From positions 1 through 64,000 of the IMG/VR virus record IMGVR_UViG_2744054452_000001: DNA of 64,000 nucleotides; one strand, given 5' to 3'. The DNA is from a virus (taxonomy: Duplodnaviria > Caudoviricetes). The notes beneath the pieces are model-generated. The model did not search any database and had not been told where the DNA came from. It worked only from the letters and a program-made list of their open reading frames with translations. Shown in pieces: positions 49,320 through 58,914 of the stretch. The translations under genes were made by a program, and so were the position numbers. Position 1 is the stretch's first letter. Each line of letters opens with the position of its first letter.

Positions 49320-50189
49320 TCAGCCCCTGTTCAACCGAACGGAAAAGTCCAGCCAGCGACCCAGCGCCTGCGTTGCCTTCTTCGACGCAACACCCAGCGA
49401 AGACTCCAGCGTCTTTGCGGCGCCAAAGAACTGGCTCGACTCGCCCACGGTCATCGAGATCAGGCCATCCCGACGTGCCTGGCGAACAGGATCGTCCGTG
49501 ATTGCCTCTGCCGCCTCGTAAATCTGGGCGCGAATCATCGCCGCCAGAAAGTCGGGGTCGAGGGCTGCAACCTCTGCGCGTTGCTCGGGCGTAATGGACG
49601 CCAGACGCTTGCCATGGTGCTTGCATTGGGCGCGCACCACCAGCGGCAGGGACATGATGGCAAGGAACGCATCGCTCATCGCCACATTGCGCTCATGCCG
49701 ATCCATGGCGAGCAGGTCTCCTGTGACCTGGATCGGGTAGTCGAGCATTTCCATCTGCATCGCGTCGTCAGCAAGGATGCCCGTCACCCAGGGCTTCATC
49801 ATGCTGCCGCTGATCGAAACCAGCTGCCGGGTGTTGTGCAGGTTGCCAGAAACGTCTTCGATGGACACAACCAGCGCAATGCCCTCGCTTTTACCGCTTT
49901 CGGGCTGGCGCAGCGAGGTCAGTGTTCCGTCGAGAATGACGAGCAGGCTATCTACGGCGGCAGTTGGGTCATACGGGGTTGAGGTGCTGTCGTCTTGGTC
50001 TTCGCGGTCGATGGTCAAGACATGGCGGTCAACCGTGGCATCAAGCTCACGCTCGCGCACCAGGACGGCCCCATCCAGGCCGACCACAGACACCATTACG
50101 GCCGTTGGCAGGACACGGGCGCCATTGGTGTCAACGATGGGCACCTGCACGCCCAGGCGTGCCCCAGGATCGGTACGGATTGGGGCCAT
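49320..50189 (-). CDS. putative head-tail connector
   Basis: AQIYEA...GLISMTVGESS; position after the capsid genes. Confidence 0.65.
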   Translation of the reverse strand: MAPIRTDPGARLGVQVPIVDTNGARVLPTAVMVSVVGLDGAVLVRERELDATVDRHVLTIDREDQDDSTSTPYDPTAAVDSLLVILDGTLTSLRQPESGKSEGIALVVSIEDVSGNLHNTRQLVSISGSMMKPWVTGILADDAMQMEMLDYPIQVTGDLLAMDRHERNVAMSDAFLAIMSLPLVVRAQCKHHGKRLASITPEQRAEVAALDPDFLAAMIRAQIYEAAEAITDDPVRQARRDGLISMTVGESSQFFGAAKTLESSLGVASKKATQALGRWLDFSVRLNRG

Positions 50190-50192
50190 GGC

Positions 50193-50591
50193 TTAGTTCT
50201 GCGCGGCCAGGATGCCGGTGATCAGATCCGTGATCGACTTGCCGCTCACGCCCAGAGGTGCGGCAATTTCACGCACGCCCTTGATGCCGCTCTTGTCGGC
50301 CACTGCCTCCAGTGCATCGCGCGTCCAGGCCTCGCCGGCGGCAGGCTTCTCGTCCACAGTCACCAGGGGCTCCGGCGCGGGCGCGGCGGCAGCGCTCTTG
50401 AGCGTCACAACGGCGGGCTCGTTGGTGTCGGTGATCTCGTCGCCATGCTGTTCGACGCGCAGCAGAGCCTGCATGCGCTTGAACTCAATATCGCTGACGG
50501 GACTTGCAGAAATGCCGTCCTTGAAAGCGATGATGCCGAAGTAGCCCGAGAAGCCTTCGTAGCCAGCTTCTGTGATTTTCAGGTGTTTCAT
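50193..50591 (-). CDS. head-associated protein with HeH-like C-terminus
   Basis: GIKGVREIAAPLGVSGKSITDLI. Confidence 0.65.
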   Translation of the reverse strand: MKHLKITEAGYEGFSGYFGIIAFKDGISASPVSDIEFKRMQALLRVEQHGDEITDTNEPAVVTLKSAAAAPAPEPLVTVDEKPAAGEAWTRDALEAVADKSGIKGVREIAAPLGVSGKSITDLITGILAAQN

Positions 50592-50601
50592 TCTTGGTTC
50601 C

Positions 50602-50644
50602 TAAACAAAAAAGACGGGGCCGAGGTTCCACCACAGCTCCCGCC
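50602..50644 (-). terminator. putative terminator after the capsid gene
   Basis: GGCGGGAGC...GCCCCGTC stem followed by U6. Confidence 0.55.
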
Positions 50645-50681
50645 TTGCAAATAAGTCAGTCAGAACTGACTTATATCACGC

Positions 50682-51587
50682 TTACACGTTGGTCACACCA
50701 GCCAGGCGAGCCAGCGACTTGGTGGATTTCAGTGCCAGGCCGCAGTACCACTTCAAGCGGGTGCGGATCGCATCCTTGTTCTGCACGGTGCCGATGGTTT
50801 CCACGCGAATACCGGCAGAGGCACCGCCGTACAGGCCGTGCAGACCATCCAGCTCGTTCGCACGCACGGCGTACACCGAGCAGGTCGAGCTGTTGGAGCC
50901 CATCAGTTCATCACCGGGCATGAAGTCGTTGATGATGATGGGGCAGCCGTTGTGCGCCAGCACGGGCACGTCGAAGTTGGGATGCTGGATCATCGCGCCG
51001 GTGTTGCCGCCGGCAGCACGCAGCTGGGCCACGTAGGCACGACGGGTGCCGGAGCGCATCATCAGGAAGTCGGGGCCGCCGTTGGGCACGGAGTCCACCA
51101 GGTGATCCAGTGCGCTCAGGGTCAGCGCACCGCCATCCACGCCTGCCTCGATGGTCTGCTCGGCAGTGACCAGGGCTTTCAGGCCGTCGAATTCCTTTTC
51201 GTTCACGGACGAATCGCCGTTGACCACCGACTTCTGGAAGGCACGGGCCATCGACTTGGCTTTCAGTGCGATCTGCACGCCCAGCTGGTCTTCGGTGTCG
51301 GACATGGTTTCGGCCATGAACTTGTCCACGTCCACGTCACCGATCAGGATGCGCAGCTTGGTGGTGACTTCCTTGAAGGTCGAAGCGTTTTCGGGCACCA
51401 CTTCGTTCACGTCCAGGTAATCCACCGTTGCCAGCGTACCCTCGCGCTTGTACAGGTATGCCTTGCCGCTCACCTTGGTGAAGGGCAGCATGTTGTACAT
51501 CTCGTTCGTGGTGAAAATTTCTTCCACGATGCCCTGGACAACTTGATCCTGGGACAGCTTTTCAGCTTCTACTTTCAGCAGAGGCAT
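50682..51587 (-). CDS. major capsid protein
   Basis: GGAG RBS, ATG 51587; EFDGL motif, ends ARLAGV. Confidence 0.9.
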   Translation of the reverse strand: MPLLKVEAEKLSQDQVVQGIVEEIFTTNEMYNMLPFTKVSGKAYLYKREGTLATVDYLDVNEVVPENASTFKEVTTKLRILIGDVDVDKFMAETMSDTEDQLGVQIALKAKSMARAFQKSVVNGDSSVNEKEFDGLKALVTAEQTIEAGVDGGALTLSALDHLVDSVPNGGPDFLMMRSGTRRAYVAQLRAAGGNTGAMIQHPNFDVPVLAHNGCPIIINDFMPGDELMGSNSSTCSVYAVRANELDGLHGLYGGASAGIRVETIGTVQNKDAIRTRLKWYCGLALKSTKSLARLAGVTNV

Positions 51588-51701
51588 GTTTTCTCCGTTC
51601 TTCTTCTTGTTATAGGAGTGAGTAAGTTCTGACTTACTTATTTTATGAACACAGTTGCCATTTTGCAAGCGGCCAGATGCAAATACTGACCGCCATGCAA
51701 A

Positions 51702-52613
51702 TTAAGCAGCTGCCGCGGCCATGCGCAGGCCGGCACTAATGCGCTCGGCGGGTGTCATGGCGCGCTTTGTCGCCTCTGCCGCGATGCCCTTGCGGGCCGC
51801 GAGGGACGTATTGGCAGGGGCACTGCCGGCGCCAGGCTTTGCGTTGGAGCGCAGCATCTGGTCGCGTTCGGGGTCAGGGTCGGCCTTGACCAGCTGAATC
51901 AGAGCATCGTTGAAGGACAGGGGCTCGCCGCTGGAGTCAACCAGCTGCGTGCGTTCGGCGCTGCCACGGGGCTTGTCAAAGCCAACAACCTTGCCGTCGA
52001 CAAAGTCGAAGTGCTCGCCGTAGACCTTGCGTGCCTTTGCGCGGGTCATCAGCAGCATTTCGCCAATCACGGGGGACGTGGCGAAGGCGTTGCCCACGGT
52101 CAGCTCACTGATCTGCTGCTGCAGACTGCCGATTTCGCTACGCAGTGTTTCGCGCTCAGAAACCGTGGATTCCATTTCTTCCTTGTGACGCTGCGCCATT
52201 TGCTGCGTCAGGCGGTCGTACTCGCCACGGGCTTCCAGCTGCTTGCGCTCCAGCTCAGCCTGCTCGGCCTTCCATGCCTTGTAGGCTTCCACGTCAACGC
52301 CGTCAAACTGCGCCAACTTGCCCTGCAGTTCGGAGATCTGGCCCTGCAGCTGATTGGCGCGGCCCTTGTGCTTCATCACATCGCGCAGCAGGCCGGCTTC
52401 GGAGTCGGTCGGCTTTTTGGATCCATCGCCCTCTTCGGCGGTCTTGGTGCCGGCGGGGTCATCGCCTTCGCCATCACCTTCGTCCGATTCGGCCTTGCCC
52501 GGGGTGTTGCCCTCTTGGGCAGCGGCACCCGTGCCACCGGTATCAGAGCCGCCCTCACCGGCAGCATCCATCAGCTTGTGCAGCTTGAGCAGTTTTTGCA
52601 AACGCAGATTCAT
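51702..52613 (-). CDS. capsid scaffolding protein
   Basis: Acidic N-terminus, coiled coil; between portal and capsid genes. Confidence 0.8.
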   Translation of the reverse strand: MNLRLQKLLKLHKLMDAAGEGGSDTGGTGAAAQEGNTPGKAESDEGDGEGDDPAGTKTAEEGDGSKKPTDSEAGLLRDVMKHKGRANQLQGQISELQGKLAQFDGVDVEAYKAWKAEQAELERKQLEARGEYDRLTQQMAQRHKEEMESTVSERETLRSEIGSLQQQISELTVGNAFATSPVIGEMLLMTRAKARKVYGEHFDFVDGKVVGFDKPRGSAERTQLVDSSGEPLSFNDALIQLVKADPDPERDQMLRSNAKPGAGSAPANTSLAARKGIAAEATKRAMTPAERISAGLRMAAAAA

Positions 52614-52685
52614 GTTCTTCTTCCTCGGCCAGTCTCTCGGCCTGATGTTGGTGATTCGGGGCCAGTCTCTCGGCCCCTGCTAAGG

Positions 52686-54275
52686 TCAGGAGGCAACCAT
52701 TTCCTTGGCTGTCTTCTGGGTCGCGGCAGCCCTCACGGGGTCGCCGCCTTTGTTCGCGTTGCTGTCGCCGCCCTTCTCCGTACCAGGCAGCGATCCGGTG
52801 GCCTTGGCCATCTTCTGCGCCTGCTCGATTGGGTCGGGCGGCCACTTCTTGATCGCTGCCTCGATCACCTTGCGGTCGGACTTGCTCATTGCAGGGAAGA
52901 GCTTTTCGACCACCTGGAGCATTTGCTTGCGACGCACCTCGTCAGGCGCGGCCAGCAGGGACAGGCGGGCACCGATCTCAAACTCGTCATACAGGCTGCG
53001 CGTGTCGAACTTCTTGGGATACGCCAGCAGCTCGGCAACATCGGCGGGCACGGTCTCTTGGCCCTTCCAAAGCATGACGAGAGCCAGGATTCGGATCTCA
53101 GTTTGTTCAAGCGATGCGGATTTCGCCGCCAGCAGCGAGTTAACGCGCTCAAAGTCGTAGGCTTTGGCAACGCCAGAGCTGTTATCGACACCACCGCCGT
53201 TGTCATCCTTGGTGCGCTCTGCACTCAGGCCAACGGAGTGGTAAATCTCATTGATGATCTTGCCGACCGCCGCCAGGATCATGCTTGCCTGGCGCGGGTC
53301 GGGACTGATGAATTCGGGCTTCTGGCCAGCCTCGCCGTTGTAGGTGAAGATGCGCTTCGTGCCGGCCTCAACCAGCTTTTGGTGCATGTCATCACCCGGC
53401 ATCAGACCCTGGGCAGGCATGGTGAGCTGCGAGAAGGTCTGGTCTTGAATGATGGCGTCGAGGTTGCTCAGGTAGTTCGCGTTGGCGCGATCCAGGTAGG
53501 CAATGTCATCAATCAGACCCTGGGTCTCGTACAGCTCTTCGCTCAGTACGTGGTCTGCTTGCACGACTGGCACGACGCCAAGATCGTGCTTGCCCTGGGC
53601 CAGCATTGCGTAGCGTGATCGGCGCAGGTGACGACCGTAGCGCTCTTCCCCGATCAGGAACCACGAATCGCGCGTCCAAAGACGGAAGCGCTCAAGATAT
53701 TTGCCCGTGGCATTCAGGGGGTCGGCGTCGTCGCGCACCATTTCCCGAAACAGAATCCAGTTCAGACGCCCCATTTCGTCATAGGACATATCGAGGGCAT
53801 CTTGCGGCTTGACGATGTAGGCGTAGACGCGGGCGCCCTGCTTTTTCTCGTCGGCCTTGCTCACTGCCTCATCGTCTTGCGCTGTGAGTGTGCTGTCCAC
53901 CACCACCCAGACACGGCCAAACTTGCTCGTGGAGTTGCTGATCCGGCGGGAGAAGTTGTCCATGTTCAGGCCGGAGAGCGTCGCATTCTTCCAGAACGCG
54001 GCAATTTCCTCGGGCGCATCTTCACTGCGGTGAATTGGCTGCTTGAACAGGTACTTGTCGATCAGGTCAACGACCTGGCGTGTGTGATTGAAGCGATACG
54101 CGCGCTTTACGCGGCCAGCGTATTCCTCGTCGCCTTCCTTGAGGTAACGAAAAATGTTGTCCTTGAACCATGCACGGCCGCCCTCATAGGTAGCTTCCAG
54201 GAAGTTCCAATGCGGGAGATTTTCGTTATAGAGGGGGTGCCGCCGATCAATCAGCGAGGTCAAGGTGTCGGTCAT
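52686..54275 (-). CDS. portal protein
   Basis: RHPLY...YEGG; downstream of terL; start at 54275 or 54308. Confidence 0.87.
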   Translation of the reverse strand: MTDTLTSLIDRRHPLYNENLPHWNFLEATYEGGRAWFKDNIFRYLKEGDEEYAGRVKRAYRFNHTRQVVDLIDKYLFKQPIHRSEDAPEEIAAFWKNATLSGLNMDNFSRRISNSTSKFGRVWVVVDSTLTAQDDEAVSKADEKKQGARVYAYIVKPQDALDMSYDEMGRLNWILFREMVRDDADPLNATGKYLERFRLWTRDSWFLIGEERYGRHLRRSRYAMLAQGKHDLGVVPVVQADHVLSEELYETQGLIDDIAYLDRANANYLSNLDAIIQDQTFSQLTMPAQGLMPGDDMHQKLVEAGTKRIFTYNGEAGQKPEFISPDPRQASMILAAVGKIINEIYHSVGLSAERTKDDNGGGVDNSSGVAKAYDFERVNSLLAAKSASLEQTEIRILALVMLWKGQETVPADVAELLAYPKKFDTRSLYDEFEIGARLSLLAAPDEVRRKQMLQVVEKLFPAMSKSDRKVIEAAIKKWPPDPIEQAQKMAKATGSLPGTEKGGDSNANKGGDPVRAAATQKTAKEMVAS

Positions 54276-54454
54276 TGCGTTTGTTTTTATTGTTTTCGCA
54301 GATGCCATAGTAAGTCATTACTGACTTACAAGCAAGCAAAGAGCGGGGCACGGGCTGGGAACATCCCCAGGCGAGAAGGGAGGAAAGATCTAAAAACTTC
54401 CCGCCTACCCGTGCCCTGTCTCATGGCTTGCGGCGAGTATAACTCAGTTCTGAC

Positions 54455-55762
54455 TTATACCGAAACACCCAAAATTTCCACCTTGCGCACAGGGAATTCG
54501 TACTCGATGCAGTAGCCGGCCGCGTCAGCCGCGTGTTCGACACCTGCAGTCTTGTCAACTTCGCGGCTGTGGGGCTTGTACAGCGTCTGCTCAAGCGCCT
54601 CGATCAGCTTCTTGCATCGTGGGTCAACGTACATGCGAACCGCACCGCTTGCGCTCTTGAGCATGCGGTTGACGGAATTCACGCGGTCAGCGACTGGCGG
54701 GTGCTTCTTACGGTATTTCTGGCGCTTGAACCCGCGCTCACGGAACACGTCCAGGTCAGACTCCCCGCGCTGGTGCCCACGGTACGCGCCGGCGGGGTCG
54801 GGATAGATCGTGATCTGGTTGATGAAACGCCAGTACCGGCGCTCGATCTCGTCGCACAGCTCTTCGGTGTTGGAGCTCGGCAAGCAGATTTCATCGACGG
54901 CCCACAGCTCCTTGGTGCGCGGCTGGTACTGGAACACCACGGAACTCATGGGGTCGATGTTGAAGTCCTGCCCGATCCACAATGGCAGGTCGGGGTTGAA
55001 CGCCAGGCTCTTAACGTGCGTTTTTCGGTCGAATGCGTGATACACGCGGCCGCTCATGGTCTCGAATGACGCCTCAAACTCCTGCTTGAAGCTCTTTTCG
55101 TCCATGTCCTCACGAGCCGCCTGCAGTTCCTCCAACGGGATGAACGGCGAGGTGATCGTGGGGAACTGCCAGCTCATCCAGTCGCGCAGACCCTTCTTGC
55201 CCAGCGCGTAAAGCTCATGCAGGAAGTTGTACGCCTTGGGCGTGCCGATGAACAGGGCATGGCCGCCGGTGGATGCCAGCGTTGGGCGCAGCACCTTCTT
55301 CCAGGCCTCGGGGTCAATATCCTGCACCTCGTCCATGACAAGGTAATGGATCCCCACGCCGCGCAGCGAGTCGGGATTGTCCGCGCCCTTGAGCTCGATG
55401 CGCGTGCCATTGACCAACGTGATCGCCAGGATCGTTTCGTTGTACTTTTTGACCCACCCGCGCGGGATGGCCTCGACCAGCTCAGGCCACATGATCTGCT
55501 TGGCCATGCGGTAGGAAGGGGCGACGTACCAGACCAGGCGCTTTTTCTTGCGGGCGAACTTGATAAGGCTGGTCTTGGCCAGCTGGGTCTTGCCCCAGCG
55601 CCGGCCGGCGACCACCACCTTGAAGCGGTAAGGCGCGCTGTAGACCTCCATCTGCTTCTTGTGCAGAAAGAGCGTGTTTTCAGGAGGGCGGAACGACTCG
55701 CGGATCTCGTCGGTTGCTTCGGAGACCGCTGCTGCTACCGCCGTGGGCACGAGAAGGGTCAT
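54455..55762 (-). CDS. terL: terminase large subunit
   Basis: AGRRWGKT, VMDE, IGTPK, GQDFN, HAADAAGY. Confidence 0.96.
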   Translation of the reverse strand: MTLLVPTAVAAAVSEATDEIRESFRPPENTLFLHKKQMEVYSAPYRFKVVVAGRRWGKTQLAKTSLIKFARKKKRLVWYVAPSYRMAKQIMWPELVEAIPRGWVKKYNETILAITLVNGTRIELKGADNPDSLRGVGIHYLVMDEVQDIDPEAWKKVLRPTLASTGGHALFIGTPKAYNFLHELYALGKKGLRDWMSWQFPTITSPFIPLEELQAAREDMDEKSFKQEFEASFETMSGRVYHAFDRKTHVKSLAFNPDLPLWIGQDFNIDPMSSVVFQYQPRTKELWAVDEICLPSSNTEELCDEIERRYWRFINQITIYPDPAGAYRGHQRGESDLDVFRERGFKRQKYRKKHPPVADRVNSVNRMLKSASGAVRMYVDPRCKKLIEALEQTLYKPHSREVDKTAGVEHAADAAGYCIEYEFPVRKVEILGVSV

Positions 55763-56388
55763 TCCAGACTCCCCAGCTCGTCCAGACCATCGGTCTCGCC
55801 CGCACCCATGTCGTCGGTTTCAGGAACTGCGTCGCGCAGCTGCTCGACTTCGCCCTGGGTCAGCTCGCGCACGGTCAAATCTGGCAGGTCGTCAATGTCC
55901 TCCATTGCCTCCATCTTTGGCACGTTCAGGAGGTCATAGGCTTCCTTGCGTGTGATGGCCAGCACCTCGGCAGCCATCTTGTAGACGGCCATCGACTTGC
56001 GCAGCGTCCCAACGTCCACGCCGGCGGCGCGGGACTTGTGAATGTCCTGAAACGCCATCTGTGCCAGCATCTGCGACATGCTGTAGTGGCGCTCTTTGAC
56101 GGACTTAATGCGCTTGAGTGTTTCGTCCAGCTCGCTCCTGACGACCTCTTCGACCGCTTCTGCCACGGCCTTCGTCGCCGCGGTGCTGGCAACGTCCTCG
56201 ACACTGGTGCCCTTGGAGATACCCATCTTGGCGAACAGGCGCGAGAAGGTCTCGGGGCGCTTGCCGAACTTCTTGGACAGATCAGCGAGGGTTACGGTGC
56301 CCGAAGTCCACAGTGCCGCTGCCTCTGCGCGCTGGCGGGGTGTCAGGTTGCCCCGAATCACCTTTTCCTTCTTGGTCTCTTCGCTCAT
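55759..56388 (-). CDS. terS: terminase small subunit
   Basis: N-terminal HTH; coupled to terL. Confidence 0.8.
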   Translation of the reverse strand: MSEETKKEKVIRGNLTPRQRAEAAALWTSGTVTLADLSKKFGKRPETFSRLFAKMGISKGTSVEDVASTAATKAVAEAVEEVVRSELDETLKRIKSVKERHYSMSQMLAQMAFQDIHKSRAAGVDVGTLRKSMAVYKMAAEVLAITRKEAYDLLNVPKMEAMEDIDDLPDLTVRELTQGEVEQLRDAVPETDDMGAGETDGLDELGSLE

Positions 56389-56561
56389 GCGCCCACCCCT
56401 TGCGCATGGCCTTCACCCTCTTCCGTTTGGGCAAAAAAAAGGGCGGGTACTAAGCCCGCCTGTACTCCAAACTCGTCTGAGGTGTAGTGAGCGGAATTAT
56501 AGCATCCAAATTCAGTCAGTTCTGACTTATTTTTTGGAATGCCGGTAGATGCATGGCTCAT
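56385..56561 (-). CDS. 58-aa putative leader ORF coupled to terS
   Basis: (AAN)6 tract before ATG 56561; its TGA overlaps the terS ATG. Confidence 0.5.
   Translation of the reverse strand: MSHASTGIPKNKSELTEFGCYNSAHYTSDEFGVQAGLVPALFFAQTEEGEGHAQGVGA
56433..56460 (-). terminator. intrinsic terminator upstream of terS
   Basis: GGCGGG-CTTAGTA-CCCGCC-C-T8. Confidence 0.8.
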
Positions 56562-56685
56562 GTTTTCTTCTTCTTCTTGTTGGCCAGGGGCTCCGGGTCT
56601 GTGTCGGCCCGGGAACCTCAAAAACACCTTACCCCCCATCTAAAAGGTATTCAGAGAACCTTATTAATAGGGGAAACCGAAAAAC

Positions 56686-56852
56686 CGCTAACAATTGTTA
56701 GCGCTATTCTTTTTATAGCAAAAATAGCTCCCGGCAGTGAATATTTTTCTTTTCAAAATCAACGGTTTACAGCAAATCGCTAACAATTGTTAGCGCTATC
56801 GTTTCTGTAGCGCTAACAATTGTTAGCGCTACTGTTTTGGTAGCACTAACAA
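56686..56852. repeat. three perfect palindromes CGCTAACAATTGTTAGCG plus a half copy
   Basis: 56686-56703, 56778-56795, 56811-56828, half copy near 56841. Confidence 0.9.
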
Positions 56853-56855
56853 ACC

Positions 56856-57212
56856 TCAGTCCTCCAGTACGAACTCACCCGGCTCGACGGTGATTTCCGG
56901 CACTTCGTCTTCCAGTTCTGGGATGGGCACCGAGGCGGAAAGAGGACGAGGATCGTAGAAAGCCAGACCACCCGGAGCGAGCCCGAATGTCTGACGCATG
57001 CGGCCCCTTCGCTGGGCAACCCCCAATTTCACGATCAGCCCCTTGGTGGCCATGGCGCGGATCGTGAACTGCAGGGATGCCTTGCTGGCGGACTCGGTGA
57101 GATCAAGGATCTCGTCCAGGTCGGGATCGCCGCGCTCACGGATGAAGTCCATGATTTTTCGCTGCATGGCGGAAGGCGCCCTCTTCTTGACGGGCTTGCG
57201 TGCGACTGTCAT
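56856..57212 (-). CDS. winged-helix DNA-binding protein
   Basis: QRKIMDFI...LDEILD...SKASLQFTIRAMATKGLIVK. Confidence 0.75.
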   Translation of the reverse strand: MTVARKPVKKRAPSAMQRKIMDFIRERGDPDLDEILDLTESASKASLQFTIRAMATKGLIVKLGVAQRRGRMRQTFGLAPGGLAFYDPRPLSASVPIPELEDEVPEITVEPGEFVLED

Positions 57213-58288
57213 TCGGCAAGCACCTCACCGCGCTGGATGCGCTCGAGTTCCTTCAACTGCTCTTTCAGCGCTTCGCGCTCGCTGGGCTTCAAGGGCGGCT
57301 CGTTGACGGGATACTGGCCAGCCCATGTCGGCACCCAGCCTTCCCAATTGCCACTAAGGGCGGCATCAGGCGCCTGCTCATCGAATGCCAGCAGAGGCAT
57401 GACGTTCGGCAGCGGCTGGCTGGTGGGCGGGGCACTGAAAATCCAGTACACCGTAGCCGAATAGACCAGCTGCTGAATCTGGCGCACCACGTACTCGATG
57501 GCCAGCTCGTTCACGCGGGTCATGCCCAAGTCGCGCTTGTCGCCCGACTTCTCGACGGATGACCACTTGTAGTAGAACTCGCGCAGCTTGCGATCCATGA
57601 CCGCGCGCTCGGCATCTGGAAGCCCACGCAGCTCGGCCAGAACCGCGACTATGTCGTAGCCTGGCGCCTTGAAGTAGGCGGCAAAGAAGACCAGGCCATC
57701 ATTGAGCGCCGATGCCGTCTTGGGGCGGGTGAACTTCATGCCCGTCTTCACTGAGAAGGGGTTGAAGCGGCCCATTGAACTGCGGCTCTCAATGAATCGG
57801 ATTTCGTAGCGGGCGCAGTACATGCGATAGGCCAGGTTTTTGAACCGGTAGGCGATGCCGGCACCGCGGTACATGGTGTCGAGCACGGTGCGGTTGTTCC
57901 AGGCTAGGTTGCGGTTGATCCAGGCCAGGCGCGTCTGGTTGACCAGGCGGTTATCACGCCCGTTCACGTTTGGGCGCAGGCGCGGGAATACGTCGTTGCG
58001 GCCGCCGTCCAATGGGCGAGGGTTCGCAATGACCGTAACGCCGACGAGCTGGGGAGCTTCGCCTGGAACGCGCAGCATGCAGCGCAGAAAACGAGAACCC
58101 GCAGCCAGCGTGTGTCCCTTGTAATGCAGCTCACTGAGAGCATGCCAGTCGTCAACAGTGCCCCATTCCACATAAAGGTGCTTCATCAGGCTCAGCGTGT
58201 GGGACTTGCCGGGACGCCGAGGCTGATAAAGGATCTCCACTTCCTGCTGCTCCAGCATGTCGGCAATTTTTTCTTGATAGCTTTTCAT
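57209..58288 (-). CDS. GNAT/Mom-like acyltransferase
   Basis: ELHYK, RTVLDTMYRGAGIA (acyl-CoA motif A), SMGRFNPF. Confidence 0.75.
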   Translation of the reverse strand: MKSYQEKIADMLEQQEVEILYQPRRPGKSHTLSLMKHLYVEWGTVDDWHALSELHYKGHTLAAGSRFLRCMLRVPGEAPQLVGVTVIANPRPLDGGRNDVFPRLRPNVNGRDNRLVNQTRLAWINRNLAWNNRTVLDTMYRGAGIAYRFKNLAYRMYCARYEIRFIESRSSMGRFNPFSVKTGMKFTRPKTASALNDGLVFFAAYFKAPGYDIVAVLAELRGLPDAERAVMDRKLREFYYKWSSVEKSGDKRDLGMTRVNELAIEYVVRQIQQLVYSATVYWIFSAPPTSQPLPNVMPLLAFDEQAPDAALSGNWEGWVPTWAGQYPVNEPPLKPSEREALKEQLKELERIQRGEVLAE

Positions 58289-58300
58289 GCTGGCGCCTGA

Positions 58301-58630
58301 TCAGATCGCGTTAGCGGCCACCAACTTGGACAGGATCTGGGCCTCCGTGGCATCACCGGTGTGCACCAGCTTGGCGGTGGACTCGCCACTGCCATTTGCA
58401 CGCAGGGAAACGACAGATGGCGAGCCACGCAGGCCCAGGGCACGGGCATCGGCCAGGTTCTCCTGAATGTCCACCGTCACCATGGGCACAAGGTTCTCTT
58501 CGCAGACCTTTTCCAGAATGGGCTTGAGGCGCTTGCAGGGCGCGCAATTGGCGGCAGTGAAGCACACCACCCCGTCAAAGCCGCTCAAAACCAGTTCGCG
58601 GTATGTCATATTTTTATTGTTCAGGTTCAT
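58301..58630 (-). CDS. thioredoxin-like protein
   Basis: FTAANCAPCK, cis-Pro GSPS; start at 58630 or 58609. Confidence 0.88.
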   Translation of the reverse strand: MNLNNKNMTYRELVLSGFDGVVCFTAANCAPCKRLKPILEKVCEENLVPMVTVDIQENLADARALGLRGSPSVVSLRANGSGESTAKLVHTGDATEAQILSKLVAANAI

Positions 58631-58687
58631 ATCTAACTAAGTCAGTTGTGACTTACTTTTTATTTTAATTCAGCGCGACCGTGCTGG

Positions 58688-58891
58688 CTACTTGAGACTC
58701 GGCACGCACTCTTCGTACAGCCAGACGGCCAGGCCAATCACCGCCATGGTGATGAATTCAAAGACGCCGACCAGGAAGCAGGCAACCACGAAGGCCGCCA
58801 GCAGCAGCACGCCGACCAGGCCGACAGTGACAGCCAGCAGCAGCACAAAGATGGCAATTACGACTGCCAGGACGTTGTAGATCACATTCAT
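58688..58891 (-). CDS. small membrane protein
   Basis: 67 aa, almost entirely hydrophobic. Confidence 0.6.
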   Translation of the reverse strand: MNVIYNVLAVVIAIFVLLLAVTVGLVGVLLLAAFVVACFLVGVFEFITMAVIGLAVWLYEECVPSLK

Positions 58892-58914
58892 AGATATTTC
58901 TCTTCGGGAAGGGG

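Noticed and set aside
56686-56831. Similarity to the lac operator (AATTGTGAGCG), suggesting vector contamination
   Set aside because: The sequence is AATTGTTAGCG with symmetry centred on AATT, there is no vector context, and a half-site recurs natively near 21094
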